Of a stretch of DNA of 64,000 nucleotides, positions 62,814 to 64,000 are shown piece by piece; the first letter of the stretch is position 1; each line of letters opens with the position of its first letter. The notes below the pieces were generated by a model, which was given only the letters and a program-made list of their open reading frames with translations, was not told the origin of the DNA and did no database searches. Location: positions 10,683,521-10,747,520 of the forward strand of contig CP154954.1 of the NCBI GenBank assembly GCA_039621445.1, written 5' to 3'. The position numbers and the translations under genes were made by a program. Origin of the DNA: Euglena gracilis. Taxonomy: Eukaryota.

Positions 62814-63485
62814 GGGAGCCCGAGGTCCGAGGGCACGGACCTCTGGGCTGATGAACAGATGGAGGTAGGACATGATCAACCCTGCCCCCCCTGCCCATCT
62901 GCCTTTCTGGTTGGTACCCGGAAAATTTTCGGGTCCCCCACCCCCCACTCCAACTTTCCGCTCGGAATGTTGTGCAAAGTAGGAAAGGGTTCATGGGAAA
63001 GCTGGCAAGAAAACGTATTTTCGCCAGACCCTTCACTTTGCTTACCCCCCATGGAACTTTTAGTCCAAGCGGAAATCAAAATCCAAAATTTTTGTACAAA
63101 AGTCGACATTCTCATTGACACTGGTTGTCACATTGCACTACTTTTTTGGTTCGGGTTGATACCAACCCCGCTCTTGGTGAAAGCCAAGAAGCCGATCAAA
63201 ATTACGACGGCTGACAACACCCCCATGTGCGGTGGTGACTTGGGATGCTTTTTGGACATTGTCCTACCCCTCATCCCCAAGCACCACTTACACCCCCCCC
63301 AACCGCAAAATTTTCCCGATACCTGGGGATATGAATCCGGAATCCATGGTTCTGACGTAATTCTGGGATACCCCTTTTTACGTCAACACCGGATGGTAGT
63401 GGATTGCCACTCCCACGGTTTGCGCACATCACCGTTCTCTTCATTGCCCCCAAACCTTCATCACCTGTGGCGTCAACCGCGATAG
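62814..63485 (+). CDS. pol: E5 protease, in frame after the gag TAG
   Basis: ILIDTGCH (~63117), DVILGYPFL. Confidence 0.88.
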   Translation, partial: GSPRSEGTDLWADEQMEVGHDQPCPPCPSAFLVGTRKIFGSPTPHSNFPLGMLCKVGKGSWESWQENVFSPDPSLCLPPMELLVQAEIKIQNFCTKVDILIDTGCHIALLFWFGLIPTPLLVKAKKPIKITTADNTPMCGGDLGCFLDIVLPLIPKHHLHPPQPQNFPDTWGYESGIHGSDVILGYPFLRQHRMVVDCHSHGLRTSPFSSLPPNLHHLWRQPR

Positions 63486-64000
63486 CCACCAATTTTTCCA
63501 CACCGTTTTCGAAAACTTTTACCCCGTTACCAACCACACCAACCAACGTTTTCCACACCGGGTGTACCGAGAAAGTTCACCCCCTGCCCGTTGACACACC
63601 AACTTCCGTTCCCCATGAGGCAGGGCAAGCGAGTAGCGGTACCCCCCTCGTTCCACTGGGTTACAAGACGAAAGCACAAAGGCCTGAAGTTATAACGGTG
63701 TCGAGTAGTCGCCCAGCTGCACTAATACCCCGTTTTCCACCAGATGTGTCGCTTGCAGATACATCTGTACATCCCCCAGCAGCTTCAAAAGCGCATCCCA
63801 ACTTTTACACACACCCTCACCAGACCAACATGCGCGACCAGGACCACTACTCCGACACTTCCTTCCAATGTGTGCACTGTAAGAGAATTTCCGCCCAGCC
63901 AGATTTCGATTGTGGATGTCTAGTCCAAACACCAACACTAATCCCGATTTCGCGTAACCATACACTTGGTTGCTGATCGCATTGCGCGACCGTACATCAA

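Larger units (their letters stand above)
58220..64000 (+). mobile_element. E5: LTR retrotransposon of the E4 family, running off the window end
   Basis: LTR 58220-58533 (TGTGTACC...ACGTACA), PBS-like TGGTAGCAG at 58536, gag and protease. Confidence 0.85.

Overview
Eukaryotic, repeat-dense, heterochromatin-like window made almost entirely of nested transposable elements. I see no host protein gene and cannot identify the organism. The main content is Ty3/gypsy (chromovirus-like) LTR retrotransposons: E1 (6335-18228, minus, complete, TSD GGCCA); a 1.9-kb mini LTR element nested in E1 (about 7734-9633); E2 (23992-31045, plus, complete, TSD ATCCT), which is inserted into degenerate E3 (about 22350-35300, minus); E4 (about 36931-56596, plus), interrupted by a degenerate APE-type LINE; and E5 (58220 to window end). 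The most striking observation is that these elements carry DNA methyltransferase domains of two unrelated classes. E1 and E3 carry a compact C5-cytosine MTase, on opposite sides of the protease. E2 and E4 carry a phage-Dam/DIRS-MT-like amino (N6A/N4C-type) MTase between protease and RT, and the same class is the only recognisable cargo of the mini element. Also present: a conserved UAG plus hairpin at the gag-pol junction (E4/E5), a large Cys-rich extra ORF after pol in E4, CRE-type non-LTR fragments, MITE-like elements, tRNA-like remnants, a ~185-bp satellite and several short tandem repeats. All calls come from reading motifs by eye. Internal domain boundaries are approximate, and some homopolymer frameshifts may be sequencing errors.
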